Part shown: piece after piece, positions 28,383 through 38,649 of the stretch | How positions within the stretch are numbered: position 1 is the stretch's first letter | Layout of the letters: each line of letters starts with the position of its first letter | NCBI GenBank assembly: GCA_965227515.1 | Contig: CBDDFZ010000002.1 | Coordinates: 1-64,000 of the forward strand | DNA from: Alphaproteobacteria bacterium | GTDB taxonomy: Bacteria; Pseudomonadota; Alphaproteobacteria; CALKHQ01 | DNA length: 64,000 bases | Direction: 5' to 3' | Translations under genes and position numbers: made by a program | The notes under the pieces: generated by a model | The model's database searches: none | The model's input: the letters and a program-made list of their open reading frames with translations, nothing else | What the model was told of the DNA's origin: nothing

Positions 28383-29621
28383 ATGAGTGCGATGAAGCCA
28401 AACCCGCCGGGCCAGGGCACGCTGGCCGGCCTGCCAGGCAGCAACCGGGCCGCGGCGCGGCCGCTGCCGAATGTCCCGGCCGCGCCGCGCCCTGCCTCCC
28501 CCCAGGCGCCTGCGCAATCTCCACCCCGGCCGGTGCCGGCCCCCGGCGACCGTTTCCCCAACCTGTTCCTGCCGCATCAGGACCAGACCATCGTCAGCCT
28601 GTACGACCAGGTGAAGGGCGGGCCGATCCTGGTCTATCGCCGCGCGAAGGACAGCGACGACGGCGCATTGCGCCGCCTGTGCGCCGAGGCGCCGGGGCTG
28701 GTCGCCGACGGCGCGCACCTCTTTGCCGTCAGCCCGCTGGACAAGCAGGCCAACAGCGCGCTCGCCGACAGCGTGGCGCCGCCGTTCGCCATGTTGGCCG
28801 ACGACGAGGCGAAGGCGGCGGCCGCGATGGGCCTGGACCCGGGTCGCGGCGACGACATCGCCTTCGTGCTGGACGCCAACCAGCGGGTGGTCGCCGTGTT
28901 CGATGGCGCATCTGGCAATGGCGCGTCTGGCAATGACGTTTCGGGTGACGTGCTGGAACCCGCGCTCGCCGCGCTACGCGCGATGCTGCCGGTCGCCGCT
29001 GCGACGCCGGTGGCGATGTGCGCACCCATCCTGATCGTGCCGCGGGTGTTCGACCGCGACTTCTGCGCCCGCCTGATCCGCCAGTACCACGATGCCGGCA
29101 ACGAGGAGAGCGGCACGTTCCGCATGGTCAAGGGCAAGCCCGTGGTCGCCCCCAACCATGCCGTCAAGCGCCGCCGCGACCATCACCTCACCACCAATCC
29201 CCTGCTCGGCGAGGTGACCGGGCTGATCGAGCGCCGGGTGCTGCCCGAACTGCGCCGCGCGTTCTATTTCAACGTCACCCGGTTCGAGGAATTCAAGATC
29301 GTGCGCTATGACGCGGAGGTCGGCGGCTATTTCCGGCCGCACCGCGACAACACCTCGGCCCAGACCATGCACCGCCGCTTCGCGATGACGCTGGTGCTGA
29401 ATGCCGAGGAGTTCGAGGGCGGCGCGCTCAGGTTCCCGGAGTTCGGCAACACCGAGTACCGGCCGGGCACCGGGGATGCGGTGCTGTTCTCCTGCCACCT
29501 GCTGCACGAGGCGCAGGACGTGACCGCCGGGGAACGTTTCGTGCTGCTGGCGTTTATGTACGATGACGAGGGCGCGAAGGTGAAGGAAGAGATGCGCCGC
29601 CGCATTGCCGCCGCACGCTGA
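28383..29621 (+). CDS. Degenerate AhpC/redoxin-like domain fused to 2OG-Fe(II) oxygenase
   Basis: PGDRFPNLFL and AFVLDANQRV (thioredoxin-like); YFRPHRDN, FEGGALRFPEF, LLHE, GERF (2OG oxygenase). Confidence 0.82.
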   Translation: MSAMKPNPPGQGTLAGLPGSNRAAARPLPNVPAAPRPASPQAPAQSPPRPVPAPGDRFPNLFLPHQDQTIVSLYDQVKGGPILVYRRAKDSDDGALRRLCAEAPGLVADGAHLFAVSPLDKQANSALADSVAPPFAMLADDEAKAAAAMGLDPGRGDDIAFVLDANQRVVAVFDGASGNGASGNDVSGDVLEPALAALRAMLPVAAATPVAMCAPILIVPRVFDRDFCARLIRQYHDAGNEESGTFRMVKGKPVVAPNHAVKRRRDHHLTTNPLLGEVTGLIERRVLPELRRAFYFNVTRFEEFKIVRYDAEVGGYFRPHRDNTSAQTMHRRFAMTLVLNAEEFEGGALRFPEFGNTEYRPGTGDAVLFSCHLLHEAQDVTAGERFVLLAFMYDDEGAKVKEEMRRRIAAAR

Positions 29622-29685
29622 GCGGCCCGCCATCGCGCGGGTCAGGGCATGACCATCGGCATCGCCAGCAGCACGGGCACTGGCC

Positions 29686-31482
29686 TCAGAAGATGAAATT
29701 ATCGGCGGTCAGCTCGTCGATCTGCACGAGTTGGAGCCTGATGCTGTCATCGTTGCCGTATTCGATCACCACGGCATTGCCGTCTTGGTACATCGTCCGG
29801 TTGCCCCCGTTGGTCAGGTCTTCGAAGTCTTGGACGTCGGTCTCGGAAAGGTCGATCCTGTCCAGACCGGGATTGAAGCCCTGGACGATGTCGTCATCGT
29901 CACCATTCTCGAACACGTAGGTGTCGCGCCCGAACGGCTGGAAGGGCAGCGGCATGCCAGTCAGGTAGTCTGCCCATCCGTGGCCGGTGAGGACGTCGTT
30001 ACCGCTGCCGCCCACCAGTACATCGTCGCCTGCAAGCCCAGTGAGGTGGTTGTCGTTGCCATCGCCAATGATGGTGTCATTGCCGTCGCTGCCGATCACG
30101 TTCTCGATGGAGCGCAAACGGTCCTGCGGCCCCCCGATGTTGGCCTGCGCGCGATCGGCGTCGAGGTCGATGGTGTAGCCGCCGATCCCGAATTGGAATG
30201 GAAAGGTGTAGTAGCTGGCGGTGTCGATGCCATTGCCGCCATCGAGTTCCACCCCGTAGCCGCCCGCGCTGACAAGGACATCGTTCCCACTGCCGCCGCG
30301 CACATCGCCGCCCCCGCCGAAGACGCCGAGCACGTTGTCGCCGTCATCGCCAGTCAGGGTGGCCTGGTCCGCGTTGACATAGACCACTTCAACGTTGCGC
30401 AACACGTCGCCTTCGATGTCGTTACCCGACATCGCGCCGGTCGCCAGGTTCACGGTTACCGAACCGCTGCCATGCAGGATCGCATAGTCAAAGCCGGCGC
30501 CGCCATCCAGGGTATCGGCGCCCTCGTCTCCGTAAAGAATGTCGCTGTCGTCGCCGCCAAACAGGCGGTCGTTGCCTTGCTCGCCCAGAAGCACGTCGCG
30601 CCCATTGCCTCCGTAGAGGTAATCGTTGTCGTCGCCTCCCGCCAGATGATCGTCGCCATTCTGGCCCTGAAGAATGTCGCTGCCGCGTTGACCGTAGAGC
30701 TGGTCGTTGTGGTCTCCGCCATAGAGGTAGTCGCGGTCGTCGCCGCCAAGTAACGTGTCCTGACCGTCTTCACCGTACAGTCTGTCGATTCCGTCGTCAC
30801 CGCGCAGGGTGTCGTTGTCGTCGCCGCCCCAAATACGGTCGTCACCGTCGTTGCCACGCAAGTTGTCGCGGCCCCCGTATCCGTAGATCAGGTCGTCGCC
30901 GCTCCAAGCGCTGACGGCGTTGGCCAGATGATTGCCGACGATCTTGTCGTCGAACGCGGAGCCGACCACGTTTTCGATCGAGTAGAAGGTGTCGCCTTCA
31001 GCATCGCCATTTGAGCCCTTGCCGGTGGTCAAGTTGACGCTCACGCCCTTGGCGGACGTAAGGTATTCCACCTTGTCGATGCCGGATCCGCCGTCCATCC
31101 TGTCGGCCCCCAGGCCGCCGATCAGCGTGTCGTCACCGTCGTTTCCATACAGGCGGTCGTCATCATTGCCGCCGTCGAGCAGATCGTTACCATCTCCGCC
31201 GAACAACTGATCGCGGCCGTTACCGCCAAAGAGTTGATCATTGCCATCGCCGCCCAACAGGGCGTCCCAACCGTCGTAGCCGTAGAGCAGATCGTTCCCG
31301 CTTTCGCCTCGCAGGACATCGACGCCGCTACCGCCAAACACCACGTCATCGCCGGCGCCGGCCCATACATGGTCGTTGCCCTTGTAGGTGTAGATTGTGT
31401 TGTTAAGTGCGTTCCCAAAAATACTGTCGTTGAGATTCGTGCCATAGAAGACTGTCTGCAAAACCGGGATGGCGAAGTTCAT
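29686..31482 (-). CDS. RTX (GGxGxDxLx) calcium-binding secreted protein
   Basis: Many nonapeptide repeats plus VSVNLxTG..GDAEGD..SIENVxGS units; GAGG RBS before MNFAIP. Confidence 0.92.
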   Translation of the reverse strand: MNFAIPVLQTVFYGTNLNDSIFGNALNNTIYTYKGNDHVWAGAGDDVVFGGSGVDVLRGESGNDLLYGYDGWDALLGGDGNDQLFGGNGRDQLFGGDGNDLLDGGNDDDRLYGNDGDDTLIGGLGADRMDGGSGIDKVEYLTSAKGVSVNLTTGKGSNGDAEGDTFYSIENVVGSAFDDKIVGNHLANAVSAWSGDDLIYGYGGRDNLRGNDGDDRIWGGDDNDTLRGDDGIDRLYGEDGQDTLLGGDDRDYLYGGDHNDQLYGQRGSDILQGQNGDDHLAGGDDNDYLYGGNGRDVLLGEQGNDRLFGGDDSDILYGDEGADTLDGGAGFDYAILHGSGSVTVNLATGAMSGNDIEGDVLRNVEVVYVNADQATLTGDDGDNVLGVFGGGGDVRGGSGNDVLVSAGGYGVELDGGNGIDTASYYTFPFQFGIGGYTIDLDADRAQANIGGPQDRLRSIENVIGSDGNDTIIGDGNDNHLTGLAGDDVLVGGSGNDVLTGHGWADYLTGMPLPFQPFGRDTYVFENGDDDDIVQGFNPGLDRIDLSETDVQDFEDLTNGGNRTMYQDGNAVVIEYGNDDSIRLQLVQIDELTADNFIF

Positions 31483-31572
31483 CCTCGTCTCCACTAATTG
31501 TGTTGACTGCCTAGGGAGAAGGTGTCTTGAATTCGCCGCCAATTCCATATGTTCAAAAAAAATCACTATAGG

Positions 31573-31588
31573 TGTGATGTGAATCACT
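31573..31588. promoter_or_regulatory. CRP/FNR-family box TGTGA-N6-TCACT in the AT-rich RTX upstream region
   Basis: TGTGATGTGAATCACT about 90 nt upstream of the RTX start. Confidence 0.5.
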
Positions 31589-31876
31589 AATATGGAAAAT
31601 TTTTTGTTTTGGCGGAGTGTGGGTATATTCTCGGGCACTTCGTGAGCAACCATCGATGTGCCGATGGCGCCGGTGGGTGCAGTTCGTTGCGATGACCCAG
31701 GTCGACACCGGACGGCCGCGGTCTGACCTTTTTGCGACAAGCCTCACATGGGGGTGGCGTTGGTGTACGATGGCGGACGGCCGTCGGGTGAGGTCGACTG
31801 AAGAGATGTAACGCCATATGAGTTGCGGCGCGCCGCTCCCGGTGCAGTCGTTCGGCCAGGTCGGAGGTGAGGTGTC

Positions 31877-33196
31877 ATGAAGGCATTGGCGTTGTTTGCG
31901 GTTGCGTGCGGTACCGTTGTCGGTGCGACCGCGGCGATTGCGCTGGAGCACCCCACGCCGCGCAGCCTGTGCGACCGGATGACCTGGTTCGGGCAGCGCG
32001 CCGAGCCCGGCGGGCCGGACTACGCCGGCAGCCAGGCGGCCCTGTTCGACCTGATGGCTTTCGTGCCCAACCACGCGGTCGCGCGCGACGCGGCGCCGAT
32101 GCTGAGCTATGCCGACTACGACGCCATTGTCGCGGCCGCATACCACAAGGTGCTGCCGGACGCGGATTTCGGCGTGCTGCCCGTGGACGATGCGATCATG
32201 GGCCTGATGCGCACGAATACCGGGGCCGCCCAGTACACCCAGAACGTGTTTGCCGCGCGCGACGAGATGGCGGATGCGATGGGCTTCGGACCGGCGGACG
32301 TGCGCCGCAGCCTCGAGTTCGGCCAGCCGCCGGCGATGGGCATGGTGCTGGGGCTGGACCCGGATACCGGGTTCGAGGATGCCATCGATGCGGCGCTGTC
32401 GGCGCGCGATTTCGGGCGGCGGATGATCCACGGCGTGCCGGTGTGGCATCACCTGGAGGACATGGAGTTCGACCGATACAACATCAACCGCGCCGACCCG
32501 TTCGGCGGCAATATCGGCCGCTCGGAGCGGATCGCCCTGTTCCTCAGCGCGCTGGCCGGCGCGCCGGCGTGGGAGCTGGTCGAGGCGATGGTGGGGGCCG
32601 CTATCGGCAAGGACCCCGCGATCCTGGACGACGAGACCGTATGCGCCGTCGCCGCCGCGATGACCGACCCGTCGCTACCGGGCGAACTGCTGCAGTTCAT
32701 GATCGTAAACCCGGCCGACGTGATGACGGCGTCGCCTGACATCCAGATTAGCGGCGATGCCGACGACATCAGCCTGCAGATCGAAGAGCACATGGCGCAA
32801 CCGGGCGAACTGCCGCCCTATCTGCTGGCCGCGTTTGCCGACCGGTTCACCGGCGACAGCGACGAAGCGGTGATCGCGCTCGCCTACCGCAATGCAGACA
32901 CGGCGGCCGCAGCCGCCGAAGTGCTGGCCGAGCGCATGGCTGGGTTCCAGCCCATGACGGTGCTGGACGCCTGGGCCGAGATGATGGAGATGTTCAACGC
33001 CGAGATCGGCTACGAGGTCATCGCGCCCATGGAGGACGGCCCCGCCGTCGCACTGGTGCGCATCGTCACCGATCCGCAGTTTCCCACCGACGACACCGAA
33101 GATGGGCTGCGCCGCCACGGCGGCCGCGCCTTCCACATGCTGGTCCGCTCGCTCTACTCGCGCGAACTCACCCCGCTGGTGGCGACGCTGGAGTAG
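31877..33196 (+). CDS. Secreted acidic hypothetical protein
   Basis: GAGG RBS; signal peptide MKALALFAVACG...AAIA; no family recognised. Confidence 0.75.
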   Translation: MKALALFAVACGTVVGATAAIALEHPTPRSLCDRMTWFGQRAEPGGPDYAGSQAALFDLMAFVPNHAVARDAAPMLSYADYDAIVAAAYHKVLPDADFGVLPVDDAIMGLMRTNTGAAQYTQNVFAARDEMADAMGFGPADVRRSLEFGQPPAMGMVLGLDPDTGFEDAIDAALSARDFGRRMIHGVPVWHHLEDMEFDRYNINRADPFGGNIGRSERIALFLSALAGAPAWELVEAMVGAAIGKDPAILDDETVCAVAAAMTDPSLPGELLQFMIVNPADVMTASPDIQISGDADDISLQIEEHMAQPGELPPYLLAAFADRFTGDSDEAVIALAYRNADTAAAAAEVLAERMAGFQPMTVLDAWAEMMEMFNAEIGYEVIAPMEDGPAVALVRIVTDPQFPTDDTEDGLRRHGGRAFHMLVRSLYSRELTPLVATLE

Positions 33197-33219
33197 GTGA
33201 GTAGGGGAGTAGGGGCGCC

Positions 33220-34707
33220 CTACAACCCCAGTTCCCCCCACATTGCGTCGACCCGCGCCTTGACGTCGGCGTCCATCTCGATCTTGCGGCCCCATTCGCG
33301 CTTGGTCTCGGGCGGCCACTTGTTGGTGGCGTCGAGCCCGATCTTGGAGCCGAGGCCGTTCTCGGGGCTGGCGAAGTCCAGATAGTCGATCGGCGTGTTT
33401 TCGATCAGGGTGATGTCGCGCGCAGGGTCCATGCGGGTGGAGATCGCCCAGATCACGTCGGTCCATGACCGCGCGTCGATGTCGTCGTCCACCACGATCA
33501 CCCACTTGGTGTACATGAACTGGCGCAGATAGGACCACACGCCCATCATCACCCGCTTGGCGTGGCCGGGATACGCCTTCTTCATCGACACCACGGCGAC
33601 CCGGTACGAGCAGCCCTCCGGCGGCAGCCAGAAGTCGACGATCTCGGGGAACTGCTGGCGGATCAGCGGCACGAACACGTCGTTCAGCGCCTCGCCCAGC
33701 ACAGAGGGCTCGTCGGGCGGCCGGCCGGTGAAGGTGGAGAGGTAGATCGGGTCGCGCCGCATGGTGATGGCGGAGACCTTGAACACCGGGAACCGCTCGA
33801 CCGCGTTGTAATAGCCGGTGTGGTCGCCGTACGGGCCTTCGTCGCCATACTCGTCCAGGCTGACATGGCCCTCCAGCACGATCTCGGCCGACGCCGGCAC
33901 CTTCAGCGGCACGGTCTTGCAGTCGACCAGTTCGACCCGCTTGCCGCGCAACAGGCCGGCGAACTGGTACTCCGACAGGGTGTCGGGCACCGGGGTGACG
34001 GCGGCGAGGATGGTGCCGGGATCGGCGCCGAGCACCACGGCCGCCGGGAGTGGCTCCGGCCGTTCCTCCTGCCAGCGGCGGTGGTGCTGGGCGCCGCCGC
34101 GGTGGCGCAGCCAGCGCATCAGCGTGGTGTCGCGCCCGGTCACCTGCATGCGGTAGATACCCAGGTTGAACGCGTCCGCCTTGTCCTCTTTCGGTTTCGG
34201 CCCCTCGGTCACCACCACCGGCCATGTGATCAGCGGCGCCGGCTCGCCGGGCCAGCAGGTCTGCACCGGCAGCGCGCCGAGGTCGATGTCGCCGCCGGTC
34301 AGCACCGTCTCGTGCACCGCGGCGCGCCCCACCGTCTTCGGCCGCATCGCCAGCACCTGGCGCACCAGCGGCATCATCCGCATCGCCGCGCGGAAGCCGC
34401 CGGGTGGCTCCGGCTGGCGCAGGAAGGCCAGCGTCTCGCCGACCTCGCGCAACTCGGCCGGCGTGCGGTCCATGCCCCAGGCCACCCGCTCGACGGTGCC
34501 GAACAGATTGACCAGCACCGGCATCGTGCTCGGCTGCCCGTCCGCCTTGACCGGCTGCTCGAACAGCACCGCCGGCCCGCCCTCGGCCAGCAGCCGGGTC
34601 TGGATCTCGGTCATCTCCAGCACGGTGGAGACCGGCCGGGCGACGCGCTTCAGCCGGCCCTCGGTTTCCAGCCGGGCAATGAACGCGCGCAGGTCTGCAT
34701 AGGGCAT
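33220..34707 (-). CDS. ubiD: UbiD family prFMN-dependent decarboxylase
   Basis: [59 protein letters not shown]. Confidence 0.95.
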   Translation of the reverse strand: MPYADLRAFIARLETEGRLKRVARPVSTVLEMTEIQTRLLAEGGPAVLFEQPVKADGQPSTMPVLVNLFGTVERVAWGMDRTPAELREVGETLAFLRQPEPPGGFRAAMRMMPLVRQVLAMRPKTVGRAAVHETVLTGGDIDLGALPVQTCWPGEPAPLITWPVVVTEGPKPKEDKADAFNLGIYRMQVTGRDTTLMRWLRHRGGAQHHRRWQEERPEPLPAAVVLGADPGTILAAVTPVPDTLSEYQFAGLLRGKRVELVDCKTVPLKVPASAEIVLEGHVSLDEYGDEGPYGDHTGYYNAVERFPVFKVSAITMRRDPIYLSTFTGRPPDEPSVLGEALNDVFVPLIRQQFPEIVDFWLPPEGCSYRVAVVSMKKAYPGHAKRVMMGVWSYLRQFMYTKWVIVVDDDIDARSWTDVIWAISTRMDPARDITLIENTPIDYLDFASPENGLGSKIGLDATNKWPPETKREWGRKIEMDADVKARVDAMWGELGL

Positions 34708-34907
34708 CGTTGTGTGCCAGTGGTGGTTGGTCCCGGATACCTACCATGTTGGTTCGTTGCGGCGCTGCGGCAAACCCAACGGCACCATAGATTTTCGGGG
34801 CTGCGATGGCTGATGCGGACTTGCCTTGGGTAGAATACAACCACACCTAAAGCCAGCCGCCGGCGGCATGTCCGGCACGAACGATAGACGACCAACAAGA
34901 ACGCCGC

Positions 34908-35585
34908 GTGCCCCATTCCCCCGCCGACATCCGCGCTCGTATCGAGGCGCACGGCCACAGCTTCTACGAGGAACTGGCCAACACCATCGTGCACGGCATC
35001 GCCGCCGTTCTGGCCGGCGCCGCGCTTGCGCTGGTGGTGGTGCTGGCCGCCTCCACCGGCAATGCCAAGGCGGTGGTTGCCTGCGCCGTCTATGGCGTGA
35101 CGCTGCTGCTGGTCTTCTTCTCGTCGACGCTCTACCACGGTGTCTGGCACGCCCGCACCAAGCGCTTCTTCCTGGCGATGGACCATTGCGCGATCTTCCT
35201 GATGATCGCCGGCACCTACACCCCCATCGCCCTGATCGTGTTCCCCGTCACCAGCGGCTGGGTGCTGTTCGGCGTGATCTGGGGCATGGCGGTCGCCGGC
35301 ATCGCGGCGCGGCTGTGGCTCGGCGACCTCCACTGGGGGCTGATCCCGCTGTTTCTCGGCATGGGCTGGCTCGCGTTTGCCTGGGGTGGCACGCTGTATG
35401 AGAGCATGGACGCGGGCGGCGTCTGGCTGCTCATCTCCGGCGGGCTCTGCTACACGCTCGGGCTCGTATTCTATATCTGGCGCGCGATCCCGTTCAGCCA
35501 TGCGATCTGGCACGGCTTCGTGCTGGCCGGCAGCGTGACCCACTTCGTGGCCATCGTCACCTACGCGCTGCCCATTGCCGGATAA
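34908..35585 (+). CDS. Hemolysin III / PAQR family membrane protein (TrhA-like)
   Basis: EELANTIVHG, SSTLYH, DHCAIFLMIAGTYTP, HAIWHGFV. Confidence 0.92.
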   Translation: MPHSPADIRARIEAHGHSFYEELANTIVHGIAAVLAGAALALVVVLAASTGNAKAVVACAVYGVTLLLVFFSSTLYHGVWHARTKRFFLAMDHCAIFLMIAGTYTPIALIVFPVTSGWVLFGVIWGMAVAGIAARLWLGDLHWGLIPLFLGMGWLAFAWGGTLYESMDAGGVWLLISGGLCYTLGLVFYIWRAIPFSHAIWHGFVLAGSVTHFVAIVTYALPIAG

Positions 35586-35611
35586 GCTGGGGACACCCTG
35601 GCGGGTAGGTC

Positions 35612-36703
35612 TTACATCTTCTCCCTCGCCCGCTTCAGGTTGCCAGCGTTGCGCACCATCTTCCCGAAATTGCGGTAGTGCTGCCGCCGCTCGGCATAGG
35701 ACTGGGTGTTGAACCTGTCCTCGGCCAAGAGCTTGCGATAGCGGCGCAGGCGGTCGGCGTCGATCTCGCCGGCGGCGATGGCGGCCGCCACGCCGCAGCC
35801 CGGCTCGCCGTCATGGTTGCAGTCGTTGAACCGGCAGCTCTCGGCCGCCGCCGCGATGTCGGCAAACACGTCGTCCAGGCCGCTCGCGACGTCGGCGAGT
35901 TGCAACTCGCGCATGCCGGGCGCGTCGATCAGCCAGCCACCGCCCATATCCCCCATCGGCGGCAGCCGGTGCATGCTGCGCCCGGTGGTGGTGTGGCGGC
36001 CCTTGGCGTCGTCCTCGCGGATGCCTTGCGTCGCCTGCAATGTCTCGCCCATCAGGGTGTTGGCCAGCGTCGACTTGCCGACGCCGGACGACCCGAGCAG
36101 GGCAACCGTCTGCCCCGTCCCGCACCACGGCGCCAGCCGCTGTGCGGCATCGGGGTCGAGTGCGTTCAGGCACTCCGCCACCACACCGGCCATCAGGCCG
36201 GATGCGGCGGCAACGTAGTCGTCGGTCTCGTCAGCCAGATCGGCCTTGGTCAGCACGATCACCGGGGTTGCCTCGGCCTCCCGCACCACGCTGAGATAGC
36301 GCTCCAGGCGGGCGACGTTGAAGTCCTGGTTGCACGACGTCACCACGAACACCGTGTCGACGTTGGCGGCGATGATCTGCAGGGCACGCCCGGTGCCGGG
36401 CGCCGGCCGCTTGAACACGCTGGTGCGGCGCAGGCGGCGGATCGGCCGGCCGGTCTCGGTGTCGACCAGCAGCCAGTCGCCGACGGCAACCTGGTCCTCG
36501 TCGTCATCCGGATCGGGTACCAGGCCCGGCACGCGGCCAGCGCGGTCCGCGCCGACGACATCGACATGGGCACGGTGCACCCCGGTCACGCGGACCGGCG
36601 CGGTGCGGCCGATCTCGTCGATGTCGAGTTGCGATTGGAAGTTCGGACCCCAGCCCAGATCGGCAAGCGTCAGGTCCGTCAAAGTCAGTTTCTCGGAAGT
36701 CAT
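35612..36703 (-). CDS. rsgA: Ribosome small subunit-dependent GTPase A
   Basis: AANVD, TKAD, GSSGVGKS, GRHTTT, DAPGMRE, CRFNDCNH..EPGC. Confidence 0.93.
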   Translation of the reverse strand: MTSEKLTLTDLTLADLGWGPNFQSQLDIDEIGRTAPVRVTGVHRAHVDVVGADRAGRVPGLVPDPDDDEDQVAVGDWLLVDTETGRPIRRLRRTSVFKRPAPGTGRALQIIAANVDTVFVVTSCNQDFNVARLERYLSVVREAEATPVIVLTKADLADETDDYVAAASGLMAGVVAECLNALDPDAAQRLAPWCGTGQTVALLGSSGVGKSTLANTLMGETLQATQGIREDDAKGRHTTTGRSMHRLPPMGDMGGGWLIDAPGMRELQLADVASGLDDVFADIAAAAESCRFNDCNHDGEPGCGVAAAIAAGEIDADRLRRYRKLLAEDRFNTQSYAERRQHYRNFGKMVRNAGNLKRAREKM

Positions 36704-36834
36704 GGCTCTCGCTCAGCACGCCCGGTTGGAATTCGGGCACAAAAACAGCTCGCCGGGCCGCGGTTGCGACCGGCACGACGGTTTTTCTGGGCTGAGTGAG
36801 AGAGTTGCGGCAGCGCCGCAGCGTGGTCGTGAGG

Positions 36835-36885
36835 CTAGCTCAGAACCTGCGCACCACCAGCCCCGGTGGGAACAATCGCTGTCAT
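36835..36885 (-). CDS. Putative 16-aa leader peptide MTAIVPTGAGGAQVLS upstream of rsgA
   Basis: GGGAGG 5 nt before ATG; followed by a long stem covering the rsgA RBS. Confidence 0.55.
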   Translation of the reverse strand: MTAIVPTGAGGAQVLS

Positions 36886-36990
36886 GAAAACCTCCCTCGG
36901 CTGGTTAGGTGTGGTCGAAGATATCGGCCTGCCGGGCGCGAATTGCAACCGGTCCCAGCTACGCCGCTGGCCGGGTGTGGCCGAACTGCA

Positions 36991-37815
36991 TCATGGAGCG
37001 TCGTTCAGGGTCCAGTCGTACTTGTCGCCGTCGATGCCGTCGAACGCCTGCAATTGCGCGGCGAGCGGCGGTTCGGCGTAGGTGCGCAGGTGGGCCAGCA
37101 CACCGGCCTCGTCGCCGCCGAAATCGTCCTCGAACCAGTCGTAGATGCTGGAGACCAGCAGCTCGTCGCCACGCACATAGACCCCGCGCGGATCGTTGAT
37201 GAAGGCGCGCGCTGCCGCCGTCAGCATGGCATCTGCATTGGCGGCGGTGAACGCCTGCATCTGCAGGTTCGGGCAGCCGATGGACGCGCAGTTGACCGCA
37301 TAGTGGATGCGCGGGTCCTGCCAGACCGGCCGCAGGATGCGATGCTCGATGTCGTCCAGGCTCAGGTCCTCGCCCTCCACCGTCACCAGGGCCGCACCCC
37401 ACGGCCCGTCGGCGAACACACCCGGCGAGATGTCGATATCGCGGATGCTGGCCACCGGGTAGTGGTCCAACACCACCTGCACGGTCAGCGCGTTGTAGAG
37501 ATTGATCCAGAAAGCGCGCTGCTCGTCGCGGTTGAGGACGGAGACGGCAGTCGCGGCCAGTTGGCCGATATAGGTGTCCAGCGCCGCGCGGTCATTCGAG
37601 GTCACCGCGCCATAGCGCACCCGATGGATGCCGCCCCGGTCAGGCGCCACATAGGCTTGCAGGAACCGGGTCCAGGCGCCGTGGTCGACGGTCGCGGTCG
37701 CGGCCGGGTCGTGCGCCAGCCAGCGTTCCCAAAGGTCGGCGTCGGGAGCCGCGCGCGCGGCGACGGGCGCGGCCAGCAGGGCGAGGATCAACGGAATGTG
37801 GCGTAAGCGATGCAT
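36991..37815 (-). CDS. DUF547 domain secreted protein
   Basis: Signal peptide; AFWINLYNALT, LSLDDIEHRILR, DPRIHYAVNCASIGCP, SSIYDWF, YDWTLN. Confidence 0.9.
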   Translation of the reverse strand: MHRLRHIPLILALLAAPVAARAAPDADLWERWLAHDPAATATVDHGAWTRFLQAYVAPDRGGIHRVRYGAVTSNDRAALDTYIGQLAATAVSVLNRDEQRAFWINLYNALTVQVVLDHYPVASIRDIDISPGVFADGPWGAALVTVEGEDLSLDDIEHRILRPVWQDPRIHYAVNCASIGCPNLQMQAFTAANADAMLTAAARAFINDPRGVYVRGDELLVSSIYDWFEDDFGGDEAGVLAHLRTYAEPPLAAQLQAFDGIDGDKYDWTLNDAP

Positions 37816-37902
37816 GCGCGGCACTTGTGCATGCGTTGTCGCGTCACGCCAGGGGGCGTCACTCGTCGTTGAGCAGACGTGACCCGCCCGGCGGCGCCGG
37901 GC

Positions 37903-38583
37903 TTAACGCTGGCGCGCTTTGGCGCCGTCCCAGCTCTGGCCGATCAGGATGAAGATCAGCAGCACGAACAGGCCGCACACGATCAGCGCGACGGATTCCG
38001 CGGCACCGCCGCCGCCCGCCATCAGCAGCGCGACGATGGCGATAGCGCCGAACAGGCCGCCCAGCGCGAACCGGGCACCGGGCCGTGCCGGCGCGAAGTG
38101 CGGGATCAGCCGGCCGTCACGCGGGTCGTGCACCAGCCGGAACACATAGAACACCGACAACAGGAACAGCACGATGGCGGCCACCTGCCAGAACCCGCTC
38201 CAACTCGCCGCCAGGATCAGCGCGATGGCGGCGACGAGCACGGCAAGCCCGCCCCGGATCCAGATGCCGGCGCGATCCCACAGGCCCGGACCCTGCTTGA
38301 CCTCGGCCACGCGAACCGGTTGCGGCAGGGTCGGCACCGGGCTGCGGATGCTGTTGTGCGCCGCCATGGAGAGCGGCATCGGCCCCTCGGTGCGCACCGG
38401 GCCGCGCGGCGTGCGGCCGGAGCCGAGCCAGATCATGCCCATCACCACCAGCCAGCACACGCCTGCCACCGCCAGGCCCAGCACGTACCAGAAACCGGTG
38501 CCGATCTGGGCGGCGGCGATCAGGGCGGCAAAGCCGATCAGCCCGATCAGGCCGCCGAAGATGAACAGGCGTGGTGTGCTCAT
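37903..38583 (-). CDS. Membrane protein built from three 2-TM repeats
   Basis: Three segments beginning FGGL/RGGL/LGGL, each with two hydrophobic helices. Confidence 0.7.
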   Translation of the reverse strand: MSTPRLFIFGGLIGLIGFAALIAAAQIGTGFWYVLGLAVAGVCWLVVMGMIWLGSGRTPRGPVRTEGPMPLSMAAHNSIRSPVPTLPQPVRVAEVKQGPGLWDRAGIWIRGGLAVLVAAIALILAASWSGFWQVAAIVLFLLSVFYVFRLVHDPRDGRLIPHFAPARPGARFALGGLFGAIAIVALLMAGGGGAAESVALIVCGLFVLLIFILIGQSWDGAKARQR

Positions 38584-38649
38584 GGTGTGGTCCGCTCGAT
38601 TGCCGGCATCAGTCGTCGGGCCATGAATTGCGTTGCAAACCGCTGTTCG

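Noticed and set aside
34908-35585. Hemolysin III as a toxin
   Set aside because: PAQR/TrhA proteins are widespread membrane-homeostasis proteins, and nothing here supports a cytolytic role.
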